Source of the DNA: Octopus vulgaris
Taxonomy: Eukaryota
Direction: 5' to 3'
Assembly: GCA_951406725.2 (NCBI GenBank)
Contig: OX597840.1
Span: 36,022,001-36,086,000, forward strand
Length of the DNA stretch: 64,000 nt
Positions 57,386 through 64,000 of this stretch are shown here, piece by piece (positions within the stretch are counted from its first letter, which is position 1; every line of letters starts with the position of its first letter). The position numbers and the translations under genes were made by a program. Below the pieces are notes generated by a model. It was not told the DNA's origin. It did no database searches and was given only the letters and a program-made list of their open reading frames with translations.

Positions 57386-57500
57386 TATCATTATTATTAT
57401 TAATATTATTATTATCATTATTCTTATTATTGCTATTTATCTTCATTATTTTTACTACTATTATCATTATCATTATTATTATCATTATTATTATCATTAT
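56930..57500. repeat. (TTA)n array with higher-order repeat
   Basis: TTGCTATTTATCTTCATTATT interruption recurs four times. Confidence 0.9.
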
Positions 57501-58012
57501 TATTTACTTTCAATCTTCGTGTTTGTAGCAATCACTTACTGAGACACGCCCAGTGTCCTAGGGTGAGTGAAGGATAAGAGATGTTACAGTATGACATACC
57601 AGCAAATACTTTTTATACTATTTGTATATGGTCATCGACTAGCGATTTGGTTCGTACTCGGTTCGATTCAAGTACGTGGTACTGAAAACCACAAAAAATG
57701 GCGAAATATCGGTATTCATCACTTCTGAATGGGATTGGAGGCGATCTGTCATGCCGGTCTATGTCTTCCAGGGATGTTAACACCCGGTGCTATAAATGAG
57801 TCGTCTGCAAAGCGGTAGAATGCAGCAAACAAGCAAAACACATACATGCATAGGCGCAAAACATAGTCGAGAAAATAGTACTCGATTACCAAAGGTAGAG
57901 CAAAATATTTTTATAAAGTATTTTATCAATTATGTATGCATCTATATTTACATTATATATCAATGTGTATACATATCTGTGTCTGTTTAACAATGTATAT
58001 TTATACATGTGC

Positions 58013-58044
<32 letters not shown>

Positions 58045-58705
58045 GTGAGTGTGAAAATATTTACTTGCACACGCTCCGATAGACGAAGCTTATGATACTT
58101 CGTAATAAAATTAATTTAGGCTGACATTTTCTGCTTAGTCAGGAAGATGTCGATAACCATAGTGTGACGTATGAGCAATTCCAATCTACTAAAAGACATT
58201 CCACAGACGAACATAATTCCATTAAAAATTCTCATAATATCTGAACTTTCGAAAAATTATTTCGCTAATAACTTACAGAAATGTTTGGCGACATTTGTGC
58301 TCGCATTAAGAATCTCAAATACTAAAATGAATAATTTTGCGTATTTTAACATTTATATATCTGAGAATTAACATTAATATTATATATGTATTTAATCTTA
58401 TTCTTAAAACCATTGTGTTTAAATGCTTCATTAATATTTGGGGAGCTTGTGTTCAAGAAAGATAATCAAATGAATTAGTGGACGTATTCTTACCGAAATA
58501 TCGGATAAAATAATAACCATTGAAATCTTTTCATTCTTGTAGATTTACCAATCTACCATTCCGACCATCCGTCTGTCTGGATAGATATATTATTCATATA
58601 AATACAGCGTACATTTAAACACATAAGAGGTATCCAACGTAGGATGCCTGGCACGCTAGAAGGAATAGCCAAAATCCTAATGTCTAGGTAGATAGATAGA
58701 TAGAT

Positions 58706-58775
<70 letters not shown>

Positions 58776-58777
58776 AG

Positions 58778-59632
58778 AGAGGGTGTGATGGGTAAATTGT
58801 CGCCATTTTATATTTTTAATTTCGCGCATGCACATTGCTTTTTATTTTGTCGACTACACAGTAAAGTAGGGTCTGTATGGCAGCTCTTGTGAGAAAAACA
58901 GCACCATGACACATTTCATTCTGCAGAAATTTGGAAGCGACATGCTGTACTGGTTGCCATTCGTTCTGGAAGCTCCAATACCAACATTTCAAAGTATTTT
59001 GGATGTCAACTTGAGCACATGTAGCGAGAGTAATGAAAATCAAACATCCAGTCGACATCATGGTGTTTGAAGTGATCACTAGAAATGGCAACGTTATGCC
59101 TCCATTCATCTTCCCACATGGCCTCAGACTCAACACGGAGGCCTACATTAAGTGCCTTGAGGAGGTAGTGCTACCCTGGGCCAGGAGGGTGGCTACTGGA
59201 AGACCCCATGTCTGCAAACAGGACTTTGCACTCTGCCACACAAACAGGAGAACAGTCATGGCTATCAGACAATTTCTGTAACCACATCAATCCTAACATC
59301 TGGCCACCTAGCTCCCCAGACTGCAACCCCCTTGATTATTATGTGTGGGGCGCAGTTGAGTGAGAGACCGACAAAACTTTTTGTAACACCAAAGAGGAAG
59401 GCAAGGATTATGGCAGCATTCACCAACTGAAACAAGGAAACCATCCAGAAAAGTTGCAGGAGATTCAGAAGTCGTCCGGAGGCCGTATTTGAAGCCAAAG
59501 GCGATTTTATTGAATAAGTTTATTTTTTAGTATTACAAGGTATTTTTATGCAATTTTGGCAAATATATCCGTTAAAATGAGATGACAGTGTTATTTTCAT
59601 TTTTAGAGGACAGTTTATTCACCGCATGCTGT
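58778..59632 (+). mobile_element. Internally deleted DD37D (maT-type) Tc1/mariner transposon
   Basis: KHPVDIMVF..MPPFIFPHGLRLN..QD..CHT..WPPSSPDCNPLDYYVWG; imperfect TIRs GGGTGTGATGGGTAAATTGTC / GACAGTTTATTCACCGCATGCTG. Confidence 0.88.
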
Positions 59633-59711
<79 letters not shown>

Positions 59712-59721
59712 CAAATATATA

Positions 59722-59769
<48 letters not shown>

Positions 59770-59770
<1 letters not shown>

Positions 59771-59965
59771 GGGAGAGTTTACGAAAAAACAAAAGACGAA
59801 GACAGGTGTACAAAACAAACAGATGTATTAGTATAACGCTCAGGAATAGAAAAAGTCTTTTACATTTCGAGCCTACGCTCTTCTACAGAAAGGGACACAG
59901 AAAAAAAAATAAGGAGAGAAACAAGGAGAGAAAAACTGTGTGTAGTACCTAACGATCTATCATGG
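59770..59965 (-). mobile_element. pLTR-like fragment with variant minimal hammerhead (family of 1751-1942)
   Basis: Minus: CTTT-CTGTAGA-A-GAGC-GTAG-GCTC-GAAA-TG-TA|AAAG; (TA)n flanks. Confidence 0.6.
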
Positions 59966-59967
59966 TG

Positions 59968-60074
<107 letters not shown>

Positions 60075-60564
60075 TATATCTATGTATGTATATATGTATA
60101 TACATATGTATATATGTATGTATATTCTTATACATACATAGTCTCTTAGTGTAACAAGTTCAAGAAGTAATTTTTCTGTCGCTTCACACCTTTCTCTCTG
60201 TCTCCTTCTCTCTTTCTCTCTCTCTTTCTCTCTCCTTATATTCATCATTTGTTGTTTGTTTTTTTTTTACTTTATTTTCGTTTGTGTCAATAATTGTCGT
60301 TTAATGTATATAATGTCTGCCAGGAAATTAGTTTTGGAGGGAAATAAGCAAATTATATTTCCCAATTGAGTTAGGAAATTAATAGTTATGATGGACAGAA
60401 CACAATACCCAACACCCGTAAGACACCCGTAAACAAAGAAATTTTAAAACAAAGAAAGTATATTCACATCCACGCAGACACGCACAACCACGCAAATACG
60501 CAAACATACACAGACGCACGGATATACATACATACATTTATACATACATACATACATACATACA

Positions 60565-60598
<34 letters not shown>

Positions 60599-60686
60599 CA
60601 TACATACATATATACATACATACATACATACATACATAAATTCATATATACATATATACATACATACATGCAAGCATATATACATA

Positions 60687-60906
60687 CATGGCTCAGTGCT
60701 CATGATCATGAGTTCGATTCCCGGACCGGGCTATGTGTTGTGTTCTTGAGCAAGACACTTTATTTCACGTTGCTCCAGTTCACTCAGCTGTAGAAACGAG
60801 TTGCGACATCACTGGTCCCAAACTGTATCGGGCCCTTTGTCTTTCCCTTGGATAACATCAGTGCTGTGAAGAGGGGAGACTGGCATGCATGGGTGACTGC
60901 TGGTCA
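60687..60906 (+). mobile_element. tRNA-derived SINE family C, truncated, inside (TACA)n
   Basis: TGGCTCAGTG, GTTCGATTCCC, GTGTTCTTGAGCAAGACACTT; nearly identical to 63798-64000. Confidence 0.85.
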
Positions 60907-61113
60907 CATACATACATACATACATACATAAATTCATATATACATACATACATGCAAACATATATACATGCAAACATATATACATACATACATATATACA
61001 TACATATATACATACATATATACATGCATACATACATGCATGCATACATACATACATGCATACATACATATATACATAAATACATATATACATGCATACA
61101 TACATACATACAT

Positions 61114-61144
<31 letters not shown>

Positions 61145-61450
61145 TACATACATACATACATACACACATACATACATACATACATACATACATACATACA
61201 TACATACATACATACATACATACATACATACATAAGGTGTTGCCAAAAAAATATACACAATTTAACAGCTCATAATTTAACTTCTATTTTTAGATTTTTA
61301 CAATATGAAATGGGGAACGGAACTAAACACTAAACGAAGGAAATTTATTCCTGAAGTACAACTGGGAGGCCGGAAACGCAGTCGATATACAAAGACAGTT
61401 TAGAAAGGAGGTTCAAATACTTCCATCTGTGCGATTTATCATGGCTCGAA

Positions 61451-62240
61451 TCTCTCTCTATATAAAGCTGAAGTTATCTGTGTGTGTGTGGCAGGTTTGG
61501 TAGCCTTGAACTAACACTATCTCCTCCGAGACCCTGCAGCACAAGTTGACCAAAATTGAAAGTATGATAGAAGAAGGCTTGCTCTTCATTCCATAGAAGA
61601 TAAAATTCAAATGGGACCATTTTAACACCAAAAATTATTTACATCAAAAACGGTGCATTTTTTCTATGAAAATCCCTATTCTTAACGATTTTTTTTTACT
61701 GCTGTGTCGCCCTTTTTCGGTGTATTTCAACCAGAAAAATGTTCACTTAAAGAGAATAACAAGTTACATAATGCAAAATTTTTACTTTTCAAAAATTCTA
61801 ATTCTAAAGGGTCGAAACAAACCCGAGCAACGCCGGGCGATACTGCTAGTCTATATATATAAAGCTGAAGTTGTCTGTGTGTGGCAGGTTTGGTAGCCTT
61901 CAACTAACACTATCTCTTCCGAGACCCTGCAGCACAAGTTGACCAAAATTGAGAGTATGATAGAAGAAGGCTTGCTCTTCCTTTCGTAGAAGAAAAAATT
62001 CAAATCGGACAATGTTAATACCAAAAATTATTTACATCAAAAAGGTGCTTTTTTTTCTATGAAAATCCCTATTTTTTACGATTTTTTGACTGCTGTGTCG
62101 CCATTTTTCGGTGTATTTCAACCATTAAAATGTTCACTTAAAGAGAATAACAAGCTACATAATGCAAAATTTTTACTTTTCAAAAATTCCAATTCTAAAG
62201 GGTCGAAACAAACCCGAGCAACGCCGGACGATATTGCTAG
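61451..62240 (+). mobile_element. Head-to-tail dimer of Helitron family H1 (61451-61849, 61850-62240)
   Basis: Junction ..CTGCTAG|TCTATATATATAAAG; single A|T target (61450|62241) within the transposase frame. Confidence 0.93.
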
Positions 62241-62381
62241 TTAGAAATAAGTTTGAAGTAGATGGATCTGCTGGGAATTTGCACAAGGAACGTTCCAGGA
62301 GACAGCGGCATGAACGAGCCCCACAAAGCAAGGAGTGCTAGAAAGGTAGTATTGTCGGGATTCAAAGAAATATATACACAA

Positions 62382-62785
62382 GGCGCAGGAGTGGCTGTGT
62401 GGTAAGTAGTTTGTTTACCAACCACATGGTTCCGGGTTCAGTCCCACTGCGTGGCACCTTGGACAAGTGTCTTCTACTATATACTCAGGCCAATCAAAGC
62501 CTTGTGAGTGGATTTGGTAGACAGAAACTGAAAGAAGCCCGTCGTATATATGTATATATATATATATATGTTTGTGTATCTGTGTTTGTCCCCTAGCATT
62601 GCTTGACAACCGATGCTGGTGTGTTTATGTCCCCGTCACTTAGCGGTTCGGCAAAAGAGACCGATAGAATAAGTACTGGGCTTACAAAGAATAAGTCCCG
62701 GGGTTGAGTTGCTCTGTTAAAGGCGGTGCTCCAGCATGGCCGCAGTCAAATGACTGAAACAAGTAAAAGAGTAAAAGAGAGAGTA
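62382..62785 (+). mobile_element. SINE family B, full length (~400 bp) with internal (TA)n(TG)n
   Basis: A-box-like TGGCTGTGTGGT, B-box-like GGTTCAGTCCC, tail (GTAAAAGA)n. Confidence 0.92.
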
Positions 62786-63797
62786 AGTGAGTCGAGAGAC
62801 AGGGATTTCGATATCTAAAGTCCATCGCATTTTAAAGCGCTTTCATCGGAAAAGATACATCCTAAGAATGGCCAATGAACTCATTAGATTTGATCCAGAC
62901 CAAAGAGTGGAATTTTCCAAGATGTGTTCAAGATGCACACTTTCCAACAAAGATTGTTTAGAACAACAAATGATGAACATAAAGAGAGAGAGAGAGAGAG
63001 AAGGAGACAGAGAGAAAGGTGTGAAGCGACAGAAAAATTACTTCTTGGATTTGTACTAAGAGACTATGTATGTATATGAATTTATATTAAAATTAAATTG
63101 CTCAATTAACCACCACAGTTGCATTTACTAGGAACCTAAGAATCTATATATTACGGAGGAACATCATTCAAATATACAAAGAATTACAGTATGGTGCGGC
63201 TTATCATCCAGGGAATTAATTAAACCATCTTTTTTACGGTAATAACATCGGTCACAATTATTCGAACTCTCTGCGACAGTTTGTCATGTGAAACTTTCGG
63301 AGGGGACTTTAGAAGCTTCGGAATTTTATTTCTCAACATTACCACAGTACTGTTAAGGCTTACCTTGATGAGATTTTGTTAAACAGGTGGGTTGGACGAA
63401 GAGGTTTAGAGGAATACTCTCCACGTCCACCAAACATCACACCACGAGACACTTATTTTCATAGAGATACATTAACGATAAAACTTACAATACAAAACCA
63501 GCAACAGTCGATGAATTGAGGACAGTCATTGAACGCGCAGAAATACCATGGAATTACTTCTTGATGTTTGCGATTTCTTTACTTCACATTAGCAACCGTA
63601 CTTGGACCAGAACGATCATCTGTTTGAAAACAGGCGTTTCTATAAAAAAAATTAGGTTGTCTACAGATTCTATTAAATTTTGTCCACAGATTCTATTAAA
63701 TTTTGTATTTTAATAAACACGGACTTTATAGTCCTTCAACGTGTTATATATTTTGGAGGATACTGTGTAACTCTTTAAAGAGAATGCAATTCGTGAA

Positions 63798-64000
63798 GGC
63801 GCATGGCTCAGTGCTCATGATCATGAGTTCGATTCCCGGACCGGGCTGTGTGTTGTGTTCTTGAGCAAGACACTTTATTTCACGTTGCTCCAGTTCACTC
63901 AGCTGTAGAAACGAGTTGCAACGTCACTGGTGCCAAACTGTATCGGCCCCTTTGCCTTTCCCTTGGATAACATCAGTGCTGTGAAGAGGGGAGACTGGCA
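63798..64000 (+). mobile_element. tRNA-derived SINE family C (runs off the window)
   Basis: GGCGCATGGCTCAGTG..GAGTTCGATTCCCGGACC..TTGAGCAAGACACTT. Confidence 0.88.

Larger units (their letters stand above)
61231..63767 (+). mobile_element. Degenerate DD41D-like (rosa/Visitor-type) Tc1/mariner transposon with nested insertions
   Basis: ..DIQRQFRKE..AR|IRNKFEVDG..; SRETGIS..VHRILK..DPDQRVEF; VWCGLSS; RWVGRRG..SPRPPNITP; decayed TIRs at both ends; DD41D assignment is from motif resemblance, not a counted intact triad. Confidence 0.8.

Noticed and set aside
62382-62455. tRNA gene candidates at SINE heads (also 39167, 63798, 35420-35510)
   Set aside because: A/B boxes present, but no complete cloverleaf, and each continues into SINE body or other repeat

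Overview
AT-rich eukaryotic DNA, saturated with microsatellites, in which no cellular protein-coding exon, rRNA, genuine tRNA gene or CRISPR array can be supported. Almost all ORFs in the track are translations of (TA)n, (CA)n, (TATC)n, (TAA)n, (CAT)n or (GGT)n. The three tRNA-derived SINE families and the repeat landscape resemble an octopus (coleoid cephalopod) intergenic or intronic region; this is inference. Recognisable elements: five 5'-truncated copies of a Tx1/L1-type LINE, all inside (GATA)n; two R4/Dong-type LINE fragments, one inside (TAA)n; a CR1-like 3' end; two Penelope-like (RT + GIY-YIG) copies; about nine short hammerhead-ribozyme-like motifs in pLTR-like fragments; non-autonomous Helitrons, including a head-to-tail dimer; DD34D, DD37D and DD41D Tc1/mariner remnants; several long inverted repeats and minisatellites. 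The best leads are (i) an apparently (GATA)n-specific retrotransposon, (ii) a dense set of type I hammerheads including a U3-A8 core variant, and (iii) a TSD-flanked, ORF-bearing insertion of unknown product whose 3' end resembles the Tx1 end. All coordinates, folds and alignments were read by eye and may be off by a few bases.
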